Of a DNA stretch of 64,000 bases, positions 12,401 to 23,647 are shown piece by piece. The stretch spans positions 21,637,150 to 21,701,149 of the forward strand of contig OZ316896.1 in NCBI GenBank assembly GCA_973895155.1. The letters run 5' to 3'. Under the pieces are notes generated by a model. That model was not told where the DNA came from, made no database searches, and saw only the letters and a program-made list of their open reading frames with translations. This DNA is from Marsupella aquatica. Lineage: Eukaryota > Plantae > Marchantiophyta. Positions within the stretch are counted from its first letter, which is position 1. Every line of letters starts with the position of its first letter. The position numbers and the translations under genes were made by a program.

Positions 12401-14607
12401 ATAGTGAGCTTGTATTGCAATACAGAACTTCTGAACAAGGGAAGAAACTTGACTCTTATGCTGAACACAATACACCCAGCGAAAGCGTGAGTAATCATCA
12501 GTGAGAAGCAGAAAAAAGCGTTGGTGATTGAGCCTGGGAGTGGAGATAGGACCAACAAGGTCAATGTGTATTTTCTGAAATGGAGCAGTCGCCCGAGTGT
12601 GTGATTCATGAGAGATAACACGAGAGGACTTGGCAAGGGCGCATGTTTCACACGGCGGTAGGACATTAGAGCCAGTGAGTGTAATGTTTGCTTGTTGGAC
12701 AACCTTCTTGACACCGTCAGAATGCAAATGTGCAAAACGACGATGAAGGAGAGGAAAACTAACACTCTGTGCAAAGAAGTGATTATCATCAGGAGTGGAC
12801 GAGGGTGGAACTTTGACGCAAAGAACCTTAAGGCCATCGAACTTCTTGACGCTAGCAAATTCTTGACCAGTTGCTTGGAAAACGAAACGAGACTCCCAGC
12901 CATGCCAATATACACCTTTCTGTTCTAAAAGATGCTCGGAGATAGTATTTAATGCACTACTCGGCATTTGGCGTACATTATGTAGTCGTATTGGTCGGTA
13001 AGATTTATCAGTGCATTGCACAGAAAGATCTAGATTACCGTGCCCTGGTGAAATGATTTGTCCTGCCCCAATATTGATGGACAGTGGATCAGATTGATAA
13101 TCCTGGAATAGACTCCGGTTGTTACAAAAATGATGATTCGCACCAGAGTCAGCAATCCAAGTACCGGTATCCGCAAATGGAGTCTCCTTAGAATGTATGT
13201 GATGTAAAGATTGCACAAAATTAAAAATATCAAGTGGAGGAGAATCAGGGCAGAGGACGGTTGGAAGAGTAGCCTGAACATTATTTGTCCACTTGAGGCG
13301 TTGTTGAATGCGTTGCATTGTAATTGTGTTGGGCTGCCATCCTGGTCGTCGAAGATGCTCGTACTTATAGTAACAGGTGTCCTCCTTGTGGCGAGGAAGT
13401 CGACAGTAAGGACAGAGTTCCTTAGGCAGCGTGGACGAAGTTGGACGTGAGGTGCTAGTATTGACGTTCAGCTGTAAAGCCGGCTGCAATGGTGCCTGAT
13501 CAGGATCATTATGATATTCATCCCGTGCTTCTTGAAGAAGAAGATCAAGGGAAGGAGAATCCTTCGGGTTGCGTCGGATGTGCTCACCTACATTGGTTGT
13601 CCAATGATTGAAATGCTTGTCCAGACTATGAAGAAACTGCATGGTTTGAACAGCAGTATCAATGACAATGCCTGCAGCCGCACATCGATCAAGAGCATCC
13701 CGGTATTGAGTAGTAAATGTTTCCATGTCCTCCCCCCGATACTGCAATTTGACGTTCAAGCAACCCACGTATTGTGCTTCTAGATAAGCCCCTGAGGCTT
13801 GTAGATCTTCTTCAATTTATCCCAACATTCTTTTGCTGTAGGCACCAACGCGAGGGTCGCCTGAATGTGTGTCTTGCAAGTAGAAAGGATGATCATCCGA
13901 GCGTGAGCGGCTTGAGCATTGTAAGTCTCAAGACGAGCCTGAAACTGATAGTTCTTTTCGTCAATCTCTTGAACAGGTGACACCGCTGTTCCATCAATGA
14001 ACTTCCAGCCGCCTGATGATGCCAGACTAGCTGAGACAAGTAGCTGCCACTGCTCGTAATTGGGACCGCCATCTAATTTTGGTAACAAGTGAGTGGAGTC
14101 ACAAAATGTCATGACTGTAATTGTGATAGAGCAAAACACGAAGTAGACAAAAGTGTGTGCGTTTGTTCACAGAAGACTATAACAGACTATCGATCGATCG
14201 ATTGATTTAATGTGGGCCCATAACCTGTGATCTGTAGCTTGGAGAGCAAAACATAAGACACTTTGACCCATTCATAAATCATACGCAGTATCTATGGAAG
14301 AGTGCAAACATTGCGCTCACATCCATTGATTGATTCATTGTAAAAGACTGAATGCTCTATCCAGAGTCAGTCGCGCATACTGCTTAAGTGCAGGCACTCC
14401 TGCCCTTCAAACGAGTTTGAAAAGAGCCAGGCGCGCCATAGGAAGCTCAAACACGTGTTGGGCAACAGACTGCCTTACACCCGCGCCACTTTACAGTAAG
14501 GAGTAAAGAGCTAAAAACAAGCCCTACGATAAGAACGGAAGTGAAAGTGGGAAGACGTCGAGACCAGAACACAGAAGGGAAACACTTCACAAGGGAAACA
14601 CTTCACA
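9479..14607 (-). mobile_element. Ty1/Copia LTR retrotransposon B, inserted in the 3' LTR of A
   Basis: 382-bp LTRs at 9479-9860 and 14226-14607 (2 differences seen). TSD ACATA (9474-9478 / 14608-14612). PBS GGTTATGGGCCCA at 14213-14225. PPT at 9861-9868. Confidence 0.96.
9883..14139 (-). pseudogene. Copia B gag-pol polyprotein, disrupted (gag, zinc knuckle, PR, GAG-pre-IN, IN, RT, RNase H)
   Basis: Motifs CPYCRLPRHKEDTC, WIADSGANHH, HIDLVG..TDDYSR..DNGTEF..QNGIAER, LWVDDII, YCDASFA..ADGLTK. Stop plus frameshift near 13780 and a frameshift near 10400. Confidence 0.92.
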
Positions 14608-14883
14608 ACATATAACATGAAGGAACAATCATCCGCGGGCGGCAGACAGGGGCTCAGCCCAAGTGGAATGGAGCGCGTCCAGGGAGCGGCCCTGCTGGCA
14701 ACCAAGTGGAACAGAAAGAGAGAAACAACGACAGCTAACTACGTGTTGCTGAAAACGATAGCTAACTACGTGTCGCTGAAAACTACAACTAATGCAAATG
14801 CTGACTAGTCTGTCTACGTATATCTATACGGTCATCAACAGGTCGATCGCTTCCAGTCGTATGTCAGAATTAAGGAAGACAAT

Positions 14884-16582
14884 TCAGATTGACACACCCC
14901 CCAGATTCTGAACATTCGAACTGGTAGGAAAGAGTTCCAGGCCAAGAAGATTCACGAAGTGTAGAAAGTTGCTTCCAGTGAGTGGCTTCGTCAGTCCATC
15001 TGCAGGCATGTCTTTCGTAGACAGATACTCAATGATAACAGAACCCTGCATCACTTGCTCTCGAACAAAATGATATGGTACGTCTATATGCTTTGTCCTG
15101 AAGTGGTGAGCTGGATTGATCGTGAGTGAGATTGCTGGTTTATTATCTCCATTGATCAATACCTTGTGAACATCTGGTGCATCATCCTGTAATTCCCTCA
15201 GCAGTCGTTTGAGCCACATCATGGCCTCTTTGGTGGCAAGAGAATAAGCTATCTATTCACTCTCAGTCGAGGAGGTTGCAGTCACAGGTTGCTTCCGATC
15301 CGAGATTTCCAAGACACCGGGCCATTTGTGAGTTTAAAAAGGTATCCACTAGTAGATTTGCAATCACTGATGTTATTAGCATAAGATGAGTCAGAGTAGC
15401 CAACGAATCCAAGCGAATGAACTTCAAGTCCTGTAACTGACGTTGGACGGAAACATATGCCCCCGCATATGCCAAGGTAGATCGTGCCACAAAGGTAACT
15501 GTAGACCCTCCGCAAGAAGCTCTCATGCTCTGGAGCTGGATTGTGGGCAAATTGGCCAAGTCGTGAACATCGTTCAGACAAATCAGGTCGTGTCCACACA
15601 GCAGCATACATTACTGACCCCAACATTGCTTGGTATAACTGTCGCTGATCAGCTATTGCAATAGCTGAGTATGGAACAAGTGAAGTGGTATCAATAGATG
15701 GCGACTGTGCTGGACGAGCATCTTCCATATGAAATCGACGAAGGATCTTCCGAATGTATGTATGTTGTGATAAGTAGAGAGTCTTTTCCACACGGTTCCG
15801 ACAGATAGAGATTCCAAGATAATCGGTTATCTCACCCAAGTCACCGTGTACTTGAAATTGTGCAGCCAAGAGAGCTTTGATGCATTGAATTCCGTGAAGA
15901 TTCTTAGAGATGATGACAATGTCGTCTACCCACAGGACCAACAGATCACCAAGATCATTGCGGAGTACACAAGGATCAGACTCCAATGGTAGAAACCCAT
16001 TCTGAATAAGATATTCAATAAGAGTTACGTACCACAATTTGTTTGACTGCTTGAGGCCATAAAGTGCACGGAGAAGAAGCCAAACAAGTAGAACACCATA
16101 GGCATCGTAGGTCTCATAGCCAGGTGGTGGACGAATGTAAATGGGATGATCCGATGCCATTAGGCTGTTGAGGAAAGCGGTGATAATATCAACACAATGT
16201 GCTTCAAGATCAGCAGATGCAACGTGAGCCATTACTGAATGAAAAGTCTCTGGGCGGACAACAGTGGCGAAAGTGTCCTCGTAGTCCATCCCGGGACGTT
16301 GCTTGTCCCCTCGGGCCACCAGGCAAGCTTTGTAAAGCCCATCCCGTTTCACATTGTATACCCACTTGGATGGGATCAACCGTGCTCCTGGTGGAAGCGT
16401 CAAAAGATTTGCCACTCGAAGCTTGTGTAGTTGTTGAAGTTCAAGAGCCTCCGCTTCCTTCCATTTGGCAGCATCAGGTCTGGTCATAGCTTCCTTGTGT
16501 GAACGAGGAAAGTCATCCAGAGTTTGTGGATAAAGAGCGGCAGCATAGCTATAAAGAAGAGTAGGCGGAAGTGCAGTAAGTA
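14884..16582 (-). pseudogene. Copia A reverse transcriptase / RNase H region
   Basis: SKWVY..ARGDKQRPG, ALYGLKQS, LWVDDIV, YSDSSYA, TKHIDVPYHFVRE, ADGLTKPL; frameshift near 15290. Confidence 0.9.
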
Positions 16583-17972
16583 AACACGATTTCGGACCGA
16601 CCGAGAAGTGTGTCGGAGTTCTCGTTTAGCCCGATCCCGTTTTTTTTCTAAGGCAATGCAATGACCGATAAAACTGGAAAAAACTCTCTGAAACGCCACT
16701 TTCCTCCATTGCATCGCCGCGGGAATGCAGGGAGCGATACGTGCATCGGGTTTTACATTCCGTCAGTGAAAAAGTCCGAACTGCGAGTAACTTGGTCCAA
16801 ACCGCGTAATCCAGGAACGACCACGCACTAACCCAGGTAAAGGGGAAACTTAACCATGGTTAAGGGGAAATTAACCATGGTTTAGAGCGTCTCCTATATA
16901 AAGAGGAGCGGGCTGCCCATAAAACGTTTGCTTTCGCCAGAGCAAATATCTCCTGACTGAGAGCGAATACCAAACTCCCATCAAGTCTTACAATCCTCCC
17001 AAGCGATTCGACTCTTTCTATCGAAAACCCGATAAATTTATCAGAACAGCCATTCCTGTTCAAGTTCTCCATGTAAGACTAACTAGTCATTTAGTGTAAA
17101 ATGTCCAGATCCGAGCGGACTGCGATAAATTTATCGCATTCTGCATTCCTCTGTTGCAATCATTTGATCCAGTGTTTAGAGAGGTGTTGCCTTCATTCCG
17201 ATAAATTTATCGGAGTCTTCATTCCTTTCATGGAAAGAGGAGTACTTGAGAATCCGATAAATTTATCGGAGTTGTCATTTTTATGAAAGATTGACTTCAG
17301 GGCTTAGGTGTCTGAGGAAGTCATATTTTCAATTCGAATGCGGAGTGCGATAAACTTATCGCATCCTCCTGTGAGAATCATTTTCCTTTGTTTTGTTTGG
17401 AGACTCATCTTCATCTCTGATGTCGCAATGTTGCCGGGTTTTGGAGGCACAATGGAAGGTTGATTGCACTCCGTGGACAACAGGTATTGTGACAAATGGC
17501 TGTCTTCCTTGAAAATCGTGTCAAACGTGCACGCCGGTTGTACAAGAGACTCGTGCGACTCAAAGTTCTCCCCATCGGTATAGGAGCATTGTGGATGGGT
17601 GGTACTGAATGATGCAGGAGTTCCAATTCGTTCGAGGTTGATGTTAACGGCGTGTTTACATTCTTTGGAGTTTTCTTGTAACTATTGTTGTCGTCATCTT
17701 GACAACAAGTACCACAAACAAGCTCACTTCTGTTGTAAGATTTGGAACGAAGACCCTTGGGTGAACCTTTCACGATGAGTGTTTCGACCTTTTCATTGAG
17801 GCGCGTCTTGGAAGGACATATTTAAATAAACAAGTCCTACCCTTGCGCAGCGAATATAATACGTCACGAGTCCTAATCATTAAACTGTCGTGCAGGGTTG
17901 GTACTGTGGATGTGTTCGGTTACACCTAGTGATTGAAGGTATTTTTATTGGTGGTTTTGGTAGCTCTACTTC

Positions 17973-18521
17973 ATGGCTGCATCGGAGAATCTAATTGTTG
18001 CAAAGATGGGATCCGTTTTAGCCCACGAGCGTAGGAAATATATTCGAGGAAAAGTGCCCGGTGTGGAATGCGGAAGTTTGTTGAATGGACTTCCCGATGA
18101 ACTCGTTGAATCTCACATTTGGCCCCTCCTAGCCTTGTCTTGCACACAAGATGAACACCTTGGCCTTGACCTAAAACTTCTATCAAAAGAACGACTGACT
18201 CGAATGAGAACAATCATTTGTCTTGGAGCCACCTCAAAGAAATGGAACCATCTTGTTGTTGGTACACGATTTTAGGCGCTATTGAAATATGCAGTCTGTG
18301 AGATCAATGACATAAACAAAATGCTCGCAAGCATTCCTAATGCCGACCTTCTCTCAAACATACATATTGCTAGGGTCTTCCGAGAGGAAACTCATTTCCT
18401 CCCTCCCATAGATATGCTTGGGTGCTTTTCGTATGAGCAGTTAGATCAGTTTTATAGAGTTTGGATAAATCTTGGAGAAAGCGGGAAGCGGACAATTCTT
18501 GCATGGCATGGACGAGTCTGA
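17973..18521 (+). pseudogene. F-box-like cargo gene with one in-frame TAG (18273-18275)
   Basis: LLNGLPDELVESHIWPLL...LGATSKKWNHLV resembles an F-box. ORFs 17973..18275 and 18282..18521 share a frame. TATA-like aatatataat at ~17853. Confidence 0.55.
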
Positions 18522-18789
18522 GTGGATGAGGCATTGCTGCGAACATCCGATAAATTTATCGCACTCCTCATTCCTCTAGTTGATTTTGGGTGCTCTAAGG
18601 TTTTCTGGAGAAGAGCTTGTAAAGAAACACTTTGAATGTAATTGACTCTGCCTCCCCTGACTTTGGGTTGTGTGGTCCAGAGTGTATTTGTTTGCCTCTT
18701 CGGACGATTAGCTGACAAGTGCATTGGCTTCACAGCCCATTATACAAGGTACTGTAAAGTTGGATGAAACTTGTAGAATTGTAATTAGT

Positions 18790-19547
18790 ATGTTCTCCAA
18801 AAATTATTCCTGATTTCTATTTGGTGATCAGGCCATGCTCGAGCGACGCATTTTTGTACCCTACCCGGATCCTCCAGAATGGGGGAATGGAGCCATGCTG
18901 GACCAGCTAAGGAGGCTGGATGAGTCACTAATTTTAAAGATATGCAGGCTGGTAGTAAAACCGTTTTACCATAACGCATTTCACTTCTACATAGATCAGG
19001 TAGGGGGAGAAATTTATATTCGGTGGGATAGATATGTTGGATTTTCTAGAAGAGTTATCCTACTTTTTCTGAAACCGGTGCAGTAAGACATTTTATACTC
19101 CACTGCTGTCATGTTGTGAAGGGCAATCCTGCTTATGAGCCAGAATTATATGCCGACAACAGACGTAGAGCATTCGATGAGATTCAGGATGTGATTGACG
19201 AGCTGGACAATCCTCTTGCCACCGAGTTTTTTATTGACACTGGTGGGAAACTATATTCATACAAGATTCGTCAACTCCCCCCCTAGCCGGTTTGTGCGCT
19301 CTTTAACTTGATCTATGTAAGTTGCCTATGGACGAACGTCCTTGCCAATGGTGAGATCTGTCCATGCTGCACAAATGCTTGTTGTGACATTCCGTCACGC
19401 CGGTATTCAGTAGCAGTAGTGAATCCTCAGACTGGTGAAGTTGATTTCCATTGGTTGTGGGCTTATGATCATCGCGTCACTCATATTCCCCAATGGCCCA
19501 AGAAGCGGATCGAACGCTTCGCTCTGGCGAGGTTCAACTATGATTAG
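18790..19547 (+). pseudogene. Decayed ~250-aa cargo gene of unknown function with a Cys cluster (CPCCTNACC)
   Basis: ORFs 18835..19086 and 19308..19547 can be joined through a bridging frame (AVRHFILHCCHVVKG..KIRQLPP*) with two stops and one frameshift. Confidence 0.45.
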
Positions 19548-21971
19548 GGTTTAGGTTTAGGGGTTAAGGTTTTGGATTTAGGGTTCCGTAGCTGATTCTT
19601 CGACCTGTACACTCGGCCGTCAATTTAAAGAAGGCTCACTTTTGCGATAATTTTATCGGTCTCTTTGTCCTTGTGTGATGAGATGTCGTGTCCACATGTG
19701 CTGTGAGATTGGTGCGATAATTTTATCGCTCTTTGCATTGGAATTTGTTTATTTGCAGACTTTGCCATGGCTGCTAGTGGAAAGAGTGGATCTGCTGAGG
19801 CAGAAAGTCTCATGACAAGCCTCACCAATGCAATTTGGACGAGTGAAGACATTTGTGAAGAGGTCAAGTGTATCAAGAAGTCATGGTACTTCCGTGACGC
19901 CAGATTACAGTCCACGGGTTTCGAAGATTGTGCTACCCCAATCCTTTGGGTCCAGTTGCAAAAATCGGCGAAGGTTAATGTTTCATATGGCCCTGTCATT
20001 GCTGTTGCCGTCGTCGAGTTCATGGTTGGCCACGGGGAGGGAAAAGTGTTGATAGAGGGCCTTAGTTTCTTGACAATGTGTGGGCGCAAGGGTTTCACAT
20101 CTCTCATTGTTACTCTCGATAACTTTGATGAGAAATCGATGGACAGTTATCCAGAAGATCCCCTTGTTGCCGAAGTTCGGGCAGCAAGAGAGATGAATGT
20201 TATGGGTTCGGCTTGGATCGGCCAGTATGTGCAAGATTGTGATGCCATCATGCTTCCAAGGGTGAACGCAGAGTACAAGAGACTTGTGGGTGAAGAGTTC
20301 AAACCTGTCCGCAAAATTGTTTTCAAGAAACCAGGTTCAAGTGGCAGCGGTGGTTCTAATGCCGATAAAATGTCGGGGCGGAAAGAACCATTGCAATCCT
20401 CTACACATATTGACGTGGACGAACCTACAACTTCTGGTCGGGTTCCGGGAAGTGGAAGAGGGAAAGGGAGAGGTAGCGGCAGGGAAGATGCCGCGGGAAC
20501 CTCTGACGGTGGGAAGAAGAGCCAAGAAACTGGCGGTAGTGGGAGAGGCCAGGGCAACCGTCGAGGACCATCCATTAAACCAAGCGAAAGTAAAGGATCC
20601 GAGGGATCCGGGCCATCTGGTTCTGGACTTAGCACAAAGAGGAAGAAGACTAGCTGGACTGAGACGGTGGCTGCAGAAGTAGATAGAGCTCCGTCAATTC
20701 CATCAGTTCCAGTCGCGGTTCCTGCGGCGCCATTGGTAAGTACTACGTCGTTGTACTGTTTAACAAATACGAAATCCGATAAAAATCTCGTTGTTTATTT
20801 CCTGAATTGCGGATTGTGGAGTTATGTTCAACAAATGCGAACTCCGATAAAAATCTCGCAGTTTCTTTCCTTAATTGAATTTGCAACGCTTTTGTAGGCT
20901 GATCAGGAGGAGGAGACGGCTCTTTCGATGTATGAGACGGATGCGATCAAGGCAGAGCTCAGTCTTCTGATGCAATGAAGGGTGCAAAGGACAACTGTGC
21001 TTCTGCATGTCGACAATCTCATATTTGATGAGGAGGGGGATTTGTCAACTTTGATTAGACCAGTGGATAGATTGCATGTGGAAAATATCAAGATACTTCT
21101 CATGAAAAACCCCACCAACTTCAGTGCCCCGTTCGTGCTGTGTGTGGATCCGAAGGATTGTCCCACAACTGCAGATTGGGACATCCTGAAGTCAAGGGTA
21201 TGGAAGTATAGAATTATTGGAGGGAATCATGGTGCTCGGGCAAAGTCCGAGTTGTTTAAAATGTACGGGAAGTAAATATATGGTGAGCTGGAAGCTTGGG
21301 TTTACGAGATCCGAGGTCCGAAAGTTAGGCTTCCAGCATAACTATGACCAGGAGTATCGAAAGAACATGACTAAAATTGACCAAGTTCGCGCTTGTCACA
21401 ATATTTTCCTTGAAATGGGTGTGGGCTCGACTAAAGATGTCCGCGAAGCATGTTGTCAAGAATGCATGATGGAGTACACGCCAGGAGTTCGTGACTCCAT
21501 GGCCAAACATGATCCGGCTTTCCAAATTGCTTTCCGAACAGGTGAAATTTGGGAACTTCAGGAGCAGATTTTCCAGATGTGGGAGAAAGGTATTAGGACA
21601 ACCCAAAAAAATTGTGGCAACGACGAACGCAAAGGGAAAGGTAAAACCTTTGACGGTAAGGGAGATTAAAATGAATAAACTTGCTGGTGACCTCAACTTA
21701 AATTCATTTCGAGGTCTCCAAGGACTGTCAAATAAGGAGCATGTCAAGCGTCTCTTGAACAGGGTTATCGGGAAGGTGATCACTTTGGATCAAATGCACA
21801 AGGAAGGTGAGAAGTTGAAAAAGCTTGCCAAGGTGAAGAAACTATTTTTGCAGATATCTGGTCAGCCAGATTGGGCAACATGCAGAGAAATGTTTCCCAA
21901 CAAAACAGATGTCTCGGTCCTTGGCATATGGGCGGAGAAATTGAGTGACGCGGTAAGCATTCCTCTCACAG

Positions 21972-22160
21972 CATGCTCTATCGCGAGATTTTTATCGGCT
22001 TTAGCATTCCTTTGTTGGTTTCTAAGCGATTGCATCTATCAGCTAGCGTGCTCCATCGCGAGATTTTTATCGGCTTTAGCATTTCTTTGTTGGTTTCTAA
22101 GCAATTCCATCTATTGGCTAGCGTGCTCCATCTCGAGATTTTTATCGGCTTTAGCATTCA
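21972..22160. repeat. 75-bp tandem repeat (~2.5-3 copies) in MTase intron 2, one palindrome variant per unit
   Basis: cgagatttttatcggctttagcatt at 21984, 22059 and 22134. Confidence 0.9.
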
Positions 22161-22203
22161 TCTCACGCTATTCTAACTGTAGATGTGTCTGACATTTTTA
22201 CAG

Positions 22204-23316
22204 CTGAAGATTAATTCAAAAAGAAAAAGCAAAGTGGTTCCGGCTGTCACTTATAATTCTGCGGGGGAGGTTATTGTTCCCTCAGCTGAAATCCCTTATG
22301 TGTTTAAGAATTTTGTGCTTGCTGCAATCGATAAGTACAATCGGCTGAGGTCCTTAGGCGAGGGCACAGCAGAAGCGTTTGAACAAACATGGAAAAATGC
22401 AGACGGGGATTCTTTTTCCTACTATCTCCATGTTGGTGATGTTCAAATTTTGGATTCTTTTGTTCAGCCAAGGGCTTACACCCTTGCGATTGCGGATATT
22501 CCGTATGGTTTTAATGCTCCTAGTTCGGAGTTTGATGAAGTGGCCTTCACAGAAAAGGACATTTTAGACATGTTGACAAGTTTCTCAAAGATGACGACCG
22601 CTAAGCAGTGGAGGTTTGTTGTGATCCATTCACTACAACAAACGCATATGGTGATGTCTGCACTAGAGAGTGTATGCAACTGTGGGATCGAGGCTGGAAT
22701 CTGGGAGAAGACTAATATTCATGAGCGTCCCGCTAGCGCTCGATTGGCGTGGGGTTTTGAGAACTGGTCGATAGGTTTCTATAGCGAGGAAGGCATTTGG
22801 AACATGAACATGTACAATTTCCAACCGGATGAGTCTCGCGTCAATATCATCAAGGTTCCATGTGTAACCAAGAAGTCCGTTGGTCCGTTGGGATTTATTG
22901 TGAACCCATATCAGAAGCCTGTTGGTTTGGGGGCTTGGTTTGTTTCCCATTTCTCTGAGAAAAAGGATTGGGTTATTGATCTTTGTTGTGGAACTGGATC
23001 AACATTAGCTGCTACGCTCCTCAATTCTCGCCAGGGTTGTGCTGTTGATAAGAGTTCTGCGCAGATTGATTTTGTAAAATCCCGGATCATGATTCTGGAG
23101 TCAAACTGGAATTTATATGAAGAATCCCAGATTGAAGGGCACGGCGTTGAAGGTTATGAGATTCAACCACCAATTGCAGGCCAATTGGGTGTTCTCAGGA
23201 CATCGACTTACATAGTTGAGGTCGTGAAGGAGACCGAAGAGGAACAAGAAGAAACTGAGGAAGAGCCTCCCAAAACACCAAATGAGGATGATCTCAATGA
23301 CATGTTATTAGATTAG
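22204..23316 (+). CDS. Intact exon encoding the amino-methyltransferase domain (N6_N4_Mtase-like, beta order)
   Basis: Catalytic DIPY precedes PxQKP and the SAM-binding DLCCGTGS, the motif order of beta-class DNA amino-MTases; acidic C-terminal tail. Confidence 0.85.
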   Translation: MKINSKRKSKVVPAVTYNSAGEVIVPSAEIPYVFKNFVLAAIDKYNRLRSLGEGTAEAFEQTWKNADGDSFSYYLHVGDVQILDSFVQPRAYTLAIADIPYGFNAPSSEFDEVAFTEKDILDMLTSFSKMTTAKQWRFVVIHSLQQTHMVMSALESVCNCGIEAGIWEKTNIHERPASARLAWGFENWSIGFYSEEGIWNMNMYNFQPDESRVNIIKVPCVTKKSVGPLGFIVNPYQKPVGLGAWFVSHFSEKKDWVIDLCCGTGSTLAATLLNSRQGCAVDKSSAQIDFVKSRIMILESNWNLYEESQIEGHGVEGYEIQPPIAGQLGVLRTSTYIVEVVKETEEEQEETEEEPPKTPNEDDLNDMLLD

Positions 23317-23647
23317 TTGCGTGTGCTCGTTAGGATAATGTCAATCACCAATGGAGTTGTCGATAAATTTATCGGATTCTGTATTCCATGAGGAAGAACC
23401 TTTGTCACATTTATTAATGCGATAAATTTATCGAACTTTGCATATATCGGACTGTCGCGGTGTTCTAGCTGGGGGAATGGAGTTGTCGATAATCTTATCG
23501 GACTTAGCATTTTATTCTCTAACTGGTTTGTCATTGCAATTATTTAAAAAAAAAAGATATCATTATAGCTGCCGAGTACATAGTCCCAGAACGATAACCA
23601 CTATACATATTCATGGGAACGATAACCATTATAACTTAAACCTGCAA

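Larger units (their letters stand above)
19767..23316 (+). pseudogene. ParB/Srx-like domain + beta-class N6A/N4C DNA methyltransferase fusion; exons 19767-20735, 20898-21952, 22204-23316 (~1040 aa reconstructed)
   Basis: Phase-0 GT..AG introns 20736-20897 and 21953-22203. Exon 2 has IRPVDRLHVENI..YRIIGGNHGARA..HN (ParB-like), with 2 stops and 2 frameshifts. Exon 3 is intact: ADIPY (motif IV), NPYQKP, VIDLCCGTGST (motif I), AVD. NLS-like KRKK in exon 1. Confidence 0.8.

Noticed and set aside
13768-13790. Programmed readthrough or frameshift between gag and pol of Copia B
   Set aside because: The break falls inside gag, needs both a stop bypass and a frameshift, and has no obvious slippery site; mutation is more parsimonious.
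17411-17773. A fifth cargo gene on the minus strand
   Set aside because: No ATG-started continuous frame and no recognisable motif; it cannot be supported from this copy alone.
19767-23316. Bacterial or phage contamination or misassembly explaining the MTase
   Set aside because: The gene has spliceosomal introns and lies within a TSD-flanked insertion that cleanly interrupts a plant Copia ORF.
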